In this document: positions 46,972-58,831 of the stretch, piece after piece
How the letters are laid out: the number at the start of each line of letters is the position of its first letter
Numbering within the stretch: the stretch's first letter is position 1
DNA from: a bacterium
Lineage (GTDB): Bacteria; Krumholzibacteriota; Krumholzibacteriia; LZORAL124-64-63
Direction: 5' to 3'
DNA: 64,000 nucleotides
Assembly: GCA_031441465.1 (NCBI GenBank)
Contig: JANOEP010000009.1
Span: forward strand, 64,001 to 128,000
Notes under the pieces: generated by a model
Seen by the model: the letters and a program-made list of their open reading frames with translations, nothing else
Told to the model about the DNA's origin: nothing
Databases searched by the model: none
Translations under genes and position numbers: made by a program

Positions 46972-49050
46972 TCATGGAGCGACCGGCACGGGTGGCTCCG
47001 CCCCTTCCGCCGTCTCATCGCCGAGCAGGTAGTGGTCGAACCACTGAACCTCCCGCGTCTGGTAGTCGAGCATGTGGCTCGGTTTGTTGATGCCGTGCCC
47101 CTCGCCGGGATAGAGCACCAGCCGGCTGGGCACACCGTTGAGCTGCAGGTAGGTGAACAGCTCGACGGACTGGCGCGGGTCGACCGGTTCGTCGTCCTGG
47201 CCGTGCATCACCAGCGTCGGGGTGACGATCGCGCCGGCGCGCGAGGCGGGGCTGTGCTCCCACAGGCGCTGCAAGTCGTCGTCCCAGGGCCGATCGTAGC
47301 CGTCGATGAACAGCTGCGGGTTGTTCTGACCCATCGCCGAGACGTAGTTGAAGATGCCGGCGATCGAGACGGCCGCTTTGAAGCGGTCGGTGCGCGAGAT
47401 CACGTTGTTGGTCGTCAGCCCACCGTAGGAGTAGCCCGTGAAGCCCAGGCGATCGGGGTCGGCGATCCCGCGCGCGACGAGCGCGTCGCAGGCGGCCATC
47501 AGGTCCAGGTGGTCGTCGGTGCCGAAGTTGCGGTAGACGCCGCGCTGGAACGCCTCGCCGTAGGCGGTGCTGCCGCGCGGGTTGGCGATGAACACCGCGT
47601 AGCCGCGCCGGCTCAGCACCTGCCAGGGGTAGCGCGTGGTCCAGGCGTTGCCGTAGCGGGCGAATGGGCCGCCGTGCATCTCCATGACGAGGGGGAACGG
47701 CCCGTCGGCGGCGGTCTTGCCGGGCGGCAGGAACAGGAAGCCCTCCACCACGGCGCCGTCGTGGCCGGGCAGGTCCAGGCGCTGCGCCGCAGCTAGGCCG
47801 TGCGCGGCGACCGCGTCGTCGACGCTCGCGAGCAGGCGCGCGGCGGCGGGTTTGGCGGCCGCGCCGGCGCGCACCGAGCCGGGCCGGTGCTGCTCGCTCT
47901 CGACGAAGGCGACGACGTCGTCGGCCAGATCCAGCTCGGTGACGTTGCCCGCGAACGAGGTCAGTTTCTGCAGACCGCCCTGCCGCGCGTCGGCCCGCCA
48001 CAGGTTGAGATCGCGACCTTCGCCCACCCGCAGCGTGATCCAGCGGCCGTCCCGCGACCAGAACGGCGGGTCCTCGGGCGTGGAACCGGAGCCCGACAGG
48101 CAGGACCGGGCCAGCGGCGCCAGGTCGCGCTCGGCGCCCGTGGCGAGGTCGCGCACGAACAGGCTCTTGAGGTTGAGGTAGGAGCGCAGCGTGTCGGCGC
48201 GGTCCATGTAGTAGGCGAGCCGTTGGCCGTCGGGCGAGAAGGCGGCCAGCGAGGCGTGGCGGTCGGGATCGCTGACCAGCGCGATCTCGCCGCCGGCGGC
48301 CGGGATCAGGCCCACGCGCTGCTCCTCGTCGACCAGGGTCGAGAAGCGCTCGTTGTAGGTCAGCGCCAGCGTCGCGCCGTCGGGCGACCAGGCGACGTGC
48401 GACGGGTAGAGCGGCGCGCGCGTGAGCTGCAGGGGCTCGGTCGCTGCGGGTCCGTCGCGATCGGCGGTCACGATCCAGAGCTGGTCGTATTCCTCGGGGT
48501 GATCGAGGCGGTCCAGGACCGTCCAGTCGGCGCGGTCTTCGTCCTCGGCCGCGGTGTCCCCTGCGGTCGTGGAATCGTCGGCGGCCTCCGCCGGCGCCGC
48601 CAGCACCGCCAGGCGCGTCCCGTCGGGCGACCACCAGTAGGCGCTCAGGCCGTCGGGCAGATCGGTGACCGCGCGCGGCTCGGTGCCGTCGAGCGGGTTG
48701 ACCCAGACCTGGGTCTGCTCGCCGCGCTTGGCCAGGTAGCTCAGGGCGCCGTCGGGGCGCCAGGCGAGCCCGCCCACGACATGCTCGTCGAAGGTCACGC
48801 GGCGGGGCGCGCCGCCCTTGACCTCGGCCAGCCAGATCTCGCGGCAGGACTTGTCCAGATCCAGATCTCGCCAGCGCTTCAGGTACGCCACGCGCGCGCC
48901 GTCGGGCGAGACGACCGGCGCGGTCAGCGTCGGCACCTGCAGGAAGGCCTCGAGCGTGAAGGTGTCGGCGGCGGAATCGGCGGCGATCGCCGCCGTGGCA
49001 GCGGCGCCGCACAGCCACGCCGTGCAGCAATAGACGAGCAGGGACTTCAT
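46972..49050 (-). CDS. S9 family peptidase (acylaminoacyl/dipeptidyl peptidase)
   Basis: WSPDG propeller repeats, HGGP, NPRGSTAYG, GYSYGG (catalytic Ser), HGQDDEPV and YPGEGHG. Confidence 0.93.
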   Translation of the reverse strand: MKSLLVYCCTAWLCGAAATAAIAADSAADTFTLEAFLQVPTLTAPVVSPDGARVAYLKRWRDLDLDKSCREIWLAEVKGGAPRRVTFDEHVVGGLAWRPDGALSYLAKRGEQTQVWVNPLDGTEPRAVTDLPDGLSAYWWSPDGTRLAVLAAPAEAADDSTTAGDTAAEDEDRADWTVLDRLDHPEEYDQLWIVTADRDGPAATEPLQLTRAPLYPSHVAWSPDGATLALTYNERFSTLVDEEQRVGLIPAAGGEIALVSDPDRHASLAAFSPDGQRLAYYMDRADTLRSYLNLKSLFVRDLATGAERDLAPLARSCLSGSGSTPEDPPFWSRDGRWITLRVGEGRDLNLWRADARQGGLQKLTSFAGNVTELDLADDVVAFVESEQHRPGSVRAGAAAKPAAARLLASVDDAVAAHGLAAAQRLDLPGHDGAVVEGFLFLPPGKTAADGPFPLVMEMHGGPFARYGNAWTTRYPWQVLSRRGYAVFIANPRGSTAYGEAFQRGVYRNFGTDDHLDLMAACDALVARGIADPDRLGFTGYSYGGLTTNNVISRTDRFKAAVSIAGIFNYVSAMGQNNPQLFIDGYDRPWDDDLQRLWEHSPASRAGAIVTPTLVMHGQDDEPVDPRQSVELFTYLQLNGVPSRLVLYPGEGHGINKPSHMLDYQTREVQWFDHYLLGDETAEGAEPPVPVAP

Positions 49051-49072
49051 CGAGCCTCCCGGCGGGTGACGG

Positions 49073-50749
<1,677 letters not shown>

Positions 50750-50855
50750 GGGACCTCGCTCGTCGTGGCGCACGGTGACGGTGGCGGCCGGGCCGCGGAC
50801 GCCGCCAACACTAGGTGCGGAAGCGGGGGCTGTCCAGCGGGAGTGCCGAACCCGT

Positions 50856-51317
50856 TCAGCTGTCGGACAGGAACTTCTCCGCCAGCGCCACGCTGTCGGC
50901 GGGGCTCACCTTGATCCGCTCGTCGAGGATCCGCCCGTCCTCGCCGACGATCCAGTGCGAGCGGATCACGCCTTCGTACTGCTTGCCGTACATGCTCTTC
51001 TCGCCCCAGGCGCCCCACTTTTCCAGCACCTTGTGGTCGGGGTCCGACAGCAGGTCGAACGTCAGGCCCTGCTGCTCCTTCCAGCGCGCCAGCGCCGCGG
51101 GCGCGTCGGGGCTGATCCCGAGGATCACGGCCCCTTGCAGCGTGAAGCGCGGCAGCGCCTCCGAGAAGCCGCAGGCCTGGGCGGTGCAGCCCGGCGTGTT
51201 GGCCTTGGGGAAGGCGAACAGGACCACCTTGCCGCCCAGATGGTCGGACAACTTGACCTTCTCGCTCCTCTGGTTCAGCAGCGTGAACGACGGGGCCTTG
51301 GTTCCGATCTTCGGCAT
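50856..51317 (-). CDS. bcp: Thioredoxin-dependent thiol peroxidase (BCP)
   Basis: [25 protein letters not shown] and WGEKSMYGK. Confidence 0.93.
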   Translation of the reverse strand: MPKIGTKAPSFTLLNQRSEKVKLSDHLGGKVVLFAFPKANTPGCTAQACGFSEALPRFTLQGAVILGISPDAPAALARWKEQQGLTFDLLSDPDHKVLEKWGAWGEKSMYGKQYEGVIRSHWIVGEDGRILDERIKVSPADSVALAEKFLSDS

Positions 51318-51404
51318 GGCGCGTCCTCCTCATGGGCGTTGGTGCGCGGGCGGCGATCAAGTTCAGCGACCTGCGGAACGCGCGCAACCCGCCAGCAACG
51401 AGCA

Positions 51405-51432
51405 ACCCCGGCCTCCGCGAAGAAGCCGGGGT
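51405..51432 (-). terminator. Hairpin downstream of the Cys-rich small protein
   Basis: accccggc...gccggggt inverted repeat. Confidence 0.5.
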
Positions 51433-51459
51433 CGCCTCGTCGATTGGAATCCGATCCGA

Positions 51460-51930
51460 CTAGCTGGAGGCCTTCGCGGCCGCGGCCTTGGCGTCGGCGG
51501 CCTTCTGGTCGAAGGCGGCCTTCAGGCCGGCGGCGTCCTTGCCGCAGCAACCCTTGCCCTCGGTGACGGCCTTGGCGCAGCAGGGGTGCATGGTCGCCAT
51601 CGCGGCGTCGCAGGCAGCCTTGTCCGCGGCGCAGGCGGCCTTCATCTCGGGAGTGCAGCCCTTGCCGTCGGCGGCGGCGGCATGGGCGGTACAGGCGGCC
51701 TTGTCGCCGCTGCACGCCGACTTCATGCCGTCGGCGGAAGCGTGCCCCGCACAGGCGGCCTTGTCGCCGGCGCTGCAGCCCTTGCCGTCCGCAGCGGCCT
51801 TGGCCGTGCAGGCGGACTTCTCGCCGGCGGCGGCCTTCTGCGCACAACCCGGTCCGCCGGCCTGCGCGCCCATCGCCACCAGAGCGACAACGGCCAGAAC
51901 GACGACCAGCAACGTGGTCAGTTTCTTCAT
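51460..51930 (-). CDS. Secreted Ala/Lys/Cys-rich repeat protein
   Basis: Signal peptide MKKLTTLL...AQA; repeated DKAAC / ADGKGC units; CC pairs near the C-terminus. Confidence 0.75.
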   Translation of the reverse strand: MKKLTTLLVVVLAVVALVAMGAQAGGPGCAQKAAAGEKSACTAKAAADGKGCSAGDKAACAGHASADGMKSACSGDKAACTAHAAAADGKGCTPEMKAACAADKAACDAAMATMHPCCAKAVTEGKGCCGKDAAGLKAAFDQKAADAKAAAAKASS

Positions 51931-52128
51931 GATGGGGGTCCTTTCCTCGGTGTCTCGTCGGGTCATCCCTCGCGCCGTCCGGAACCAGAGCGGGCCCCCG
52001 GCCGCGAGGAAGGAATGCATAGTTTAGCTATATGCAAAGCAGAAGGCAACAGTTCCCGGATGCGTCGATAATCCTTCAATCGATTATTGATAATCAGATT
52101 GGACGCCGCGGTCCCGGATCCTCGACGC

Positions 52129-52878
52129 TCAATCGAGGACGATTTCCACGGGGCAGTGATCGGAACCGTGGATATCGCCGAGAATGGAGGCTGAACGCAG
52201 GCGCGGGCGGAGCACGGCGGAGATCAGGGCGTAATCGATGCGCCACCCGATGTTGCGGGCGCGGGCGTCCACCCGCCAGGTCCACCAGGTGTAGTGTCCC
52301 CCGCCGGGTTCGAACTCCCGGAACGTGTCCACGAAGCCGGCGCGGATCAGGGCGTCGAAACCGGCGCGCTCCTGGGGCGTGAAACCCGCGTTGTTGACGT
52401 TCTGCCGCGGGTTGGCCAGGTCGATTTCGCGGTGCGCGACGTTGAAGTCGCCGCAGACGATCACCGGTTTCTCGCGCTCGAGCCGTTGCAGGTAAGCCAG
52501 GAAGGCCGCGTCCCAGCGCATGCGGACCTCGAGGCGCAGCAGGCCGCGCTGCGCGTTGGGCGTGTAGACCGAGACCACGAAGAAGTCGGGGAACTCCAGC
52601 GCGAGCGTGCGCCCCTCGTCGTCGAGCCCGGGCAGCACGCCGCCCCGCCGCACACTCAAGGGCGCGGGCCGCGTCATCACGGCCACGCCGGAATAGCCGG
52701 GCTTCTGCGCCGGGTTCCAGAACTCCTGATGATCCCCCATGCCCACGACCGCCTGCTCGGGCATGGCCCGCGTCTCCTGCAGGCAGAGCACGTCCGGCGC
52801 GATCCGGGCGATCGACTCGCGCAGGCCCTTGCCCAGGGCCGCGCGCAGACCGTTGACGTTCCAAGAGACGATGCGCAT
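52129..52878 (-). CDS. xth: Exodeoxyribonuclease III (ExoA/Xth)
   Basis: SWNVNGLRA, CLQET, GYSGV, GDFNVAH, GWRIDY and GSDHCP. Confidence 0.95.
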   Translation of the reverse strand: MRIVSWNVNGLRAALGKGLRESIARIAPDVLCLQETRAMPEQAVVGMGDHQEFWNPAQKPGYSGVAVMTRPAPLSVRRGGVLPGLDDEGRTLALEFPDFFVVSVYTPNAQRGLLRLEVRMRWDAAFLAYLQRLEREKPVIVCGDFNVAHREIDLANPRQNVNNAGFTPQERAGFDALIRAGFVDTFREFEPGGGHYTWWTWRVDARARNIGWRIDYALISAVLRPRLRSASILGDIHGSDHCPVEIVLD

Positions 52879-53030
52879 GAGCCTCCCCGATCGCCGCAGG
52901 CACGGATCTTCCAGGTGGGTGAACGGGACGGGTCCCGGGGACCCGACCCATGGGGGATCGAGAGGGAGCGGACGGCGCCGGGGTTTCTTCCCGGATCCCA
53001 TCGTTCCTTCACAAACCGAGCGAGGGTGCT

Positions 53031-53648
53031 ATGAATTCTTGCAGAACGCTTCGACACCTGCAATTCGCGGCTGTCGCGATCCTGATCCTGCTGCCGGCCA
53101 CCTCGACTCTCGCCAGCGAACTGGCCGGCAACATCACCGCCGTGTACGTCGGCCAGCGCGGGATCGCCGATTGGTGCTACACGCTGGCCGTCAACTGGGA
53201 CAACGAGCCCAGCCGCGGCCTGAGCCACCTCAACCTGTCCCTGGGCGCGGGCACGATCTGCTCCGAGGCCGACATCGCGGCCGACGTCCTCTGGGACGTC
53301 ACCGCCGGCGTGGTGATCAACTCCACCTTCACCCGGGAAATCCCCTGTCAGGCCCACTACGAGGCCAACGGGGATCCCTCCCTGGACATCACCGAGCCCC
53401 TGCTGAAGTTCGAGCCGAGCCCCGGTTCGATCAGGGGGCCGGGTCCCGTCGGCTGGGGCCGGCTCGTGTTCTACTCCAACAAGCCGCCGGCGGCGATCAC
53501 CACGCCGAACACGTTCCTGAGCCAGAAGTTCGGCACCTACAGCAGCTTCGGCCAGGTGACGGGCGTGTTCCCGGCGTTGCCCTGCGATCCCGTCGGCGCG
53601 GAAGAGTCGGCCTGGGGCGAGGTGAAGGCGCTCTACGGCGCCCACTGA
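53031..53648 (+). CDS. Secreted hypothetical protein with C-terminal AEESAWGEVKALY motif
   Basis: GAGGG RBS, signal peptide, beta-rich body, same C-terminal motif as 6072..6740. Confidence 0.75.
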   Translation: MNSCRTLRHLQFAAVAILILLPATSTLASELAGNITAVYVGQRGIADWCYTLAVNWDNEPSRGLSHLNLSLGAGTICSEADIAADVLWDVTAGVVINSTFTREIPCQAHYEANGDPSLDITEPLLKFEPSPGSIRGPGPVGWGRLVFYSNKPPAAITTPNTFLSQKFGTYSSFGQVTGVFPALPCDPVGAEESAWGEVKALYGAH

Positions 53649-53667
53649 ACCAGCGGCCGCGGTGCGA

Positions 53668-54477
53668 TCAGGCGCGCCGGGCGAGCACCTCCAGCTGGTA
53701 GAGGAGGTCGCGCCCGGCGCGCGGCATTCCCAGGCGATCGACGCTGGCCAGCCGGTGCAGACCACTACGGGCGAGCAGCGCTTCCCACTGGCGGGGCGTG
53801 TAGGTTCGCAGGTCGTAGACGTGGTCCCGGTGTTCCTCGCCGCCGGATCGCTGCACCACCAGGTGGCTGATCACCCGCTCGAGGCGAGGGCCCGGACCTC
53901 CGGCGCCCGGCGGCAGGTAGTTCACGACCTGGGTCACGCGGATCCCGCCGCGCGCCGCCACCCACACGTCCTCGTCCGGCTCGTCGCCTTGCGGAAGCGT
54001 CAGGCTGATCCCCAGGACATAGACGCCACCGGGCCGCAGCAACCGGGCCATCCCGTTCAGGTGGGCCAGCGCCGCGCGATCCTCCGGCAAGTGGCGGAAG
54101 GAATTGTCGGGCAGGTAGGCGACGTCGGCCGTGCCCGGCGGCAGCAGGTTGCCGCAGTCCGCCATGTCGGCCACCATCACGTCGGCCAAACCGTCCAGGC
54201 CGCGGCGGTGCAAGCGGCGCCGAGCGTACCCCACCATCGCGGCGCTCTGGTCGAAACCGACCGACCGCCGCCCCCGAACCGCCCATTCCCGCAGGCAGCG
54301 GCCGGTGCCGCAGGCGGGTTCCAGCCACAGGCCCGGTCCGGGATCGCGAGCCACCCATTCCCTGGTAACTGATTCCAGTATATCAAGTTCACCGGCCGTG
54401 CCGGGGCTGGCCAGGACGTCGCAGACCACGGGATCGTCGTAGAAACCGCCGCCGATGTCAGGCTCACGCTTCACCAT
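53668..54477 (-). CDS. Class I SAM-dependent methyltransferase
   Basis: WLEPACGTGR, GFDQSAAM, ADM, NSFRHL and LRPGGVYV. Confidence 0.88.
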   Translation of the reverse strand: MVKREPDIGGGFYDDPVVCDVLASPGTAGELDILESVTREWVARDPGPGLWLEPACGTGRCLREWAVRGRRSVGFDQSAAMVGYARRRLHRRGLDGLADVMVADMADCGNLLPPGTADVAYLPDNSFRHLPEDRAALAHLNGMARLLRPGGVYVLGISLTLPQGDEPDEDVWVAARGGIRVTQVVNYLPPGAGGPGPRLERVISHLVVQRSGGEEHRDHVYDLRTYTPRQWEALLARSGLHRLASVDRLGMPRAGRDLLYQLEVLARRA

Positions 54478-54483
54478 GGACCC

Positions 54484-54512
54484 ACGCTGCCAGCGAACTG
54501 CCGACTTGTCAA
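54484..54512 (-). promoter_or_regulatory. Possible sigma70 promoter of the methyltransferase (leaderless geometry)
   Basis: Minus strand TTGACA-17nt-CAGCGT-6nt-ATG; the -10 box is weak. Confidence 0.45.
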
Positions 54513-54625
54513 ATGAACGTCGATTTGGATATACTCAATCGCCGTAGGGTATTCGCGACGCCCAAGAGATGCCCACCCGTCTCCTGCCGCGCCGGAGCGC
54601 ATCCACATCCCGAGGGGGTCCCCTG

Positions 54626-56563
54626 ATGCAACTCGTTGTTCAACGTCTGCTGCTCGCGGTCTGTGTGCTGTTGCTGTTCGTGGCGCCGTTGGCCGCCAAG
54701 GACAACCCCTCCAACCCGGACCTGAGCCAGGGCAGGACGGCGCCGCCGGCTGCGGCGACCCGCGACGACAACGTCCTGGTGCAGGGCTTCGAGACCGCCA
54801 CCTTCCCGCCCACGGGCTGGGCCCGTCTCCACCTGAGCACCTCCTACGCCTGGGCGCGCAGCACCACCTGGCACAACACCGGCGTGGCCTGCGCCTGGGT
54901 GCGCTACGGCCCGTCCACCGTCACGCAGAACGAGTGGCTGGTGACGCCCGCCCTCGACTTCTCGACGCTGACCAGCCCGAAGCTGGAGTTCTACGAGGCC
55001 GCCCCCTACTGGAGCAGCTACGGCGAGCACCACTACATCATGGTCAGCACGACCAGTCAGACCACGCCGGGCGCGTTCGTCCCGCTGATCGACTGGACGC
55101 CGCTGAACCACTACATCGACGAGGGCGCGTTCGGCGCCGCGCCGACGATCGTGGACCTGTCGGCCTACGCGGGCCAGCCCGTCGTCTACGTCGCCATCCG
55201 CTACGTGGGCAGCGACGCCGACAACTGGTACGTGGACGACATCCGCCTCTTCGAGCCGCCGCTGCACGACGTCGCCGTCACCGCCGTCGCACCCGATCTG
55301 CAGCAATACGACGGCGCGGACACGCCGGCGCCCCAGGTGACGGTCACCAACATGGGCCGCAGCGTCGAGGACTTCGCGGTCACCCTCACGGTCACCGAGA
55401 ACGACCTGCCGCACGCCCAGGAGACCGTGAACGTCACGGGTCTGGGCGTGAACTCCGAGACCGAGGTCACGTTCGCGACGATCGGCCTCGCTCCCGGAAA
55501 CTACTACCGCCTGCAAGCCGAGATCGTGTCTCCGGACGACCTTGTCCCCGGCAACAACACGGGATTCGCCCTGAACGACACCTACACCGGCCCGCACACG
55601 CCCCTCGGCATGATGAACACCAACGCCGGCTGCACGCCCTGCGTCCAGGCGAACGCCGCCCTCGACGCCTACCTGCCCACGCAGGGCGACGACGTGGCCT
55701 GCATCCGCATCCACGTCTGGTGGCCCGGCGCGGACGGGATCTACGACGCCAACGTCACGCAGAGCGCGTTCCTGGCCAACGGGATCGGCGCCGACTACGC
55801 GCCGCACCTGTGGCTCGACGCCGTGGTCGACGCCGGTTCGAACGGCGCGGGCTACGAGGCCCTCTTCGAGGCGCGCAAGCCCTACCACAGCCCGCTGACC
55901 CTCGTGCAGGCCTGGAACGACGTCGCCCAGGAGCTGTCGGTGACGATCACCGTGGACGAACCGCTGCCGCCGGAAGCCGACCTGCGGTTGCGGGTGGCGA
56001 TCACCGAGGACGACGTCTTCTACGCCGGCACCAACGGCGAGACCCTCCACGACCAGGCGTTCCGCTACATGTACCCCAGCACCGACGGCCTGCCGGTGCC
56101 GACGGAACCCGGCACCTACCACTTCATCGTGGCCTGCCCGTTGGAACTGATCGATTGGAATTACGCCAATCTGCGCGCGACAGTCTACGTGCAGGACAAC
56201 GACAGTTGGAAGGTGCACAACGCGGCGACCGGCTTCCTGTCGGCGATGACCTACGAAGTGGGCGTCGAGGACAGCGCCGTCCCGGCGAGGCTGACCGCGG
56301 CGCCGGTGCGCCCCAACCCGTTCAACCCGTCCACGGCGATCGCGTTCTCGCTGCCGTCGGCGCAGCGGGTGCGGGTCACGGTGCACGACCTCGAGGGCAA
56401 GCTCGTCGCCACGCTGCTCGACGAGCCGCGCGCCGCGGGCCCCCACAACGTGGTCTGGGACGGCCGCGACGGCGCGGGCCGCACCTCGGCTTCCGGCACC
56501 TACGTGTTCCGGATCGAGGCCGGCGGGGAAACCGCGACGCGGCGGGCGATGCTGGTCAAGTGA
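54626..56563 (+). CDS. Secreted protein: cleaved-adhesin/choice-of-anchor-J-like + CARDB-like + Omp28-like (CxxC) + FlgD-Ig C-terminal domain; paralog 1
   Basis: FETATFPPTGW...EWLVTP...WYVDDI; DLVPGNN; NAGCTPC; LRVAITED; PNPFNPST...WDGRD...SGTY. Confidence 0.78.
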   Translation: MQLVVQRLLLAVCVLLLFVAPLAAKDNPSNPDLSQGRTAPPAAATRDDNVLVQGFETATFPPTGWARLHLSTSYAWARSTTWHNTGVACAWVRYGPSTVTQNEWLVTPALDFSTLTSPKLEFYEAAPYWSSYGEHHYIMVSTTSQTTPGAFVPLIDWTPLNHYIDEGAFGAAPTIVDLSAYAGQPVVYVAIRYVGSDADNWYVDDIRLFEPPLHDVAVTAVAPDLQQYDGADTPAPQVTVTNMGRSVEDFAVTLTVTENDLPHAQETVNVTGLGVNSETEVTFATIGLAPGNYYRLQAEIVSPDDLVPGNNTGFALNDTYTGPHTPLGMMNTNAGCTPCVQANAALDAYLPTQGDDVACIRIHVWWPGADGIYDANVTQSAFLANGIGADYAPHLWLDAVVDAGSNGAGYEALFEARKPYHSPLTLVQAWNDVAQELSVTITVDEPLPPEADLRLRVAITEDDVFYAGTNGETLHDQAFRYMYPSTDGLPVPTEPGTYHFIVACPLELIDWNYANLRATVYVQDNDSWKVHNAATGFLSAMTYEVGVEDSAVPARLTAAPVRPNPFNPSTAIAFSLPSAQRVRVTVHDLEGKLVATLLDEPRAAGPHNVVWDGRDGAGRTSASGTYVFRIEAGGETATRRAMLVK

Positions 56564-56585
56564 CCTGCATCCTGCCAAACCAGCC

Positions 56586-56621
56586 AGGACCCGGGGCCCG
56601 CGCCTCGGGTCCTCGGCTTTT
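56586..56621 (+). terminator. Intrinsic terminator
   Basis: aggacccgggg...cctcgggtcct hairpin followed by a short T run. Confidence 0.6.
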
Positions 56622-56810
56622 CGGGTGTTTCGCGGTAGTCAGTCATGAAATCGCGCTCGAACTCAGTGACAGGTCACGGCCGAACGGCAATTACCGAATG
56701 TCAAACCGACGCCGGATCGGGTATCATCATTCATATCGAAGATCGATGGCCCCCCATGGCCGCCCGCTCCATTTCTGTGGTTACGATGCAGACACATCTC
56801 GGAGGGACTG

Positions 56811-58742
56811 ATGAATACCAGATCAACCCGCCTGATCCTGTCGGCCTGCGCGTTCCTGTTGCTCGCGGCTCCCCTGGCGGCCCGCGACGAGGTTCCGAAT
56901 CCTGAATGGCAACCGAGCAGGACAGAACCAGCGTCCAAGACCCGCGACGGCACCGTCATCGCACAGAGCTTCGAAAGCACGATCTTTCCACCCAAGGGCT
57001 GGACGCGCCGCCACTTGAGTACGTCCTACACATGGGCACGCAGCCTCAGCGCGCAACATGAGGGAGTTGCCAGCGCCTGGGTACGCTACGGGCCGCCTGC
57101 CATCATCCAAGACGAATGGCTCGTGTCGCCAGCTCTCGACTTCTCGACATTGACCCACCCGATGCTGGAATTTTACGAAGCCTCGCCCTACTGGAGGGAT
57201 TACGGCGAACACCATCACATCATGATCCGTTCGGCCAACCAGACCACGCCAGGCACGTACACCACACTACTGGACTGGACTCCGCTCAACCACGTGATCA
57301 ACGAGTTGGCATTCGGCGCCACGCCGACGGTCGTGAACCTGTCGGCCTATGCGGGCCACACGGCCGTCAGCATCGCCTTGCGGTATGTGGGCAGCGATGC
57401 CGACAACTGGTTCGTGGACGACATCCGCGTCTTCGAGCCGCCACTTCACGATGTATTGGTCACCTCCGTCACGCCTGACCGGCAACAGTTCGCCGGCACG
57501 GACACGCCGATGCCGCAGGTCCGCGTCAGCAATCACGGCCGCTGCGTCGAGGATTTTACGGTCACCCTCACGGTGACCAAGAACGATCTGCCCCACAGCC
57601 GGGAAACCGTCACCGTCGAGGGCCTTGCTCCGTACACCGACGCGATCGCCGACTTCACGGCACTCGAGCTCACACCCGGGAACTACTACCGCCTGGAAGC
57701 GGTGACCGAACTCGCGACGGACCTCGTCCCCAGCAACAACACCGGATCCGCCCTGGACGACACCTACACCGGGCCGCACACACCGCTGGGGCTGATGAAC
57801 ACCAACGCCGGCTGTGCTCCCTGCGTCCAGGCGAACCAGGCGCTCGACACCTACCTGCCGACGCAGGGCGACGACGTGGCCTGCATCCGCATCCATGTCT
57901 GGTGGCCCGGAGTCGATGGGATCTACAATGCCAACATCCCGCAAAGCGCGTTCCTGGCCAACGGGCTCGGCGCCGATTACGCGCCCCACATGTGGGTCGA
58001 CGCCGTCGTCGACGGCGGGTCGAACGGCGCGGGCTTCTCCAGCCTCTTCGAGGCGCGCAAGGCCTACCATAGTCCGCTGACCGTTGCGGAAACCTGGAAC
58101 AACGGCACCCGGGAGTTGTCGGTGACGGTCACGGTGGACGAGCCACTGCCGCCGGCGACCGACCTGCGCCTGCGCGTGGCGGTCACCGAGGACGATGTCT
58201 ACTACCTCGGCTCCAACGGTCAAGCCTACCACGACCAGGCCTTCCGCCGCCTGTACCCCTCCACCGAAGGCCTGCCCGTGCCGCCGGCGCCCGGCACCTA
58301 CCGCTTCGTGGTGCCGTGCCCGCTCGAGTCTTCGTGGAACTACGCCAAGCTGCGCGCCACGGCCTACGTGCAGGACAACGACTCCTGGGCGGTGCACAAC
58401 ACGACCACCAGTTTCCTGTCACAACGGGCCAACACCGTGAGCGCCGACAACATCACGGTTCCGGCGCGGCTGACCACAGAACCGGTGCGCCCCAACCCGT
58501 TCAATCCTTCCACCTCGATCTCGTTTTCGCTGCCCGCGGCGCAGCGGGTGCGAGTCACGGTGCACGACCTCGAAGGCAAGCTCGTCGCCACGCTGCTCGA
58601 CGAGCAGCGCGCGGCCGGTCCCCACAGCGCCGTATGGGACGGGCACGACGCTGCGGGCCGCGCCGCGGCCTCCGGCACCTACGTGTTCCGGATCGAGGCC
58701 GACGGGGTGACCGCGACGAGGCGGGCGATGCTGGTGAAATGA
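56811..58742 (+). CDS. Tandem paralog of 54626..56563 (Omp28-like + FlgD-Ig); paralog 2
   Basis: Collinear and highly similar throughout (for example YLPTQGDDVACIRIHVWWPG and ATRRAMLVK are identical). Confidence 0.8.
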   Translation: MNTRSTRLILSACAFLLLAAPLAARDEVPNPEWQPSRTEPASKTRDGTVIAQSFESTIFPPKGWTRRHLSTSYTWARSLSAQHEGVASAWVRYGPPAIIQDEWLVSPALDFSTLTHPMLEFYEASPYWRDYGEHHHIMIRSANQTTPGTYTTLLDWTPLNHVINELAFGATPTVVNLSAYAGHTAVSIALRYVGSDADNWFVDDIRVFEPPLHDVLVTSVTPDRQQFAGTDTPMPQVRVSNHGRCVEDFTVTLTVTKNDLPHSRETVTVEGLAPYTDAIADFTALELTPGNYYRLEAVTELATDLVPSNNTGSALDDTYTGPHTPLGLMNTNAGCAPCVQANQALDTYLPTQGDDVACIRIHVWWPGVDGIYNANIPQSAFLANGLGADYAPHMWVDAVVDGGSNGAGFSSLFEARKAYHSPLTVAETWNNGTRELSVTVTVDEPLPPATDLRLRVAVTEDDVYYLGSNGQAYHDQAFRRLYPSTEGLPVPPAPGTYRFVVPCPLESSWNYAKLRATAYVQDNDSWAVHNTTTSFLSQRANTVSADNITVPARLTTEPVRPNPFNPSTSISFSLPAAQRVRVTVHDLEGKLVATLLDEQRAAGPHSAVWDGHDAAGRAAASGTYVFRIEADGVTATRRAMLVK

Positions 58743-58767
58743 CATCTGCCATCATCACCTGAAAGAG

Positions 58768-58798
58768 AGGACCCGGGGCGCGAGCTCCGGGTCCTTTT
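58768..58798 (+). terminator. Intrinsic terminator, homologous to 56586-56621
   Basis: aggacccgggg-cgcgag-ctccgggtcct-ttt. Confidence 0.65.
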
Positions 58799-58831
58799 CG
58801 TCGGATCTTTATGCGAGGAAACAGTCCCCGC

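Noticed and set aside
52032..52050. sigma54-like site upstream of the Cys-rich gene (minus strand TTGCCTTCTGCTTTGCA)
   Set aside because: Good -12 box, but it lacks the invariant GG at -24.
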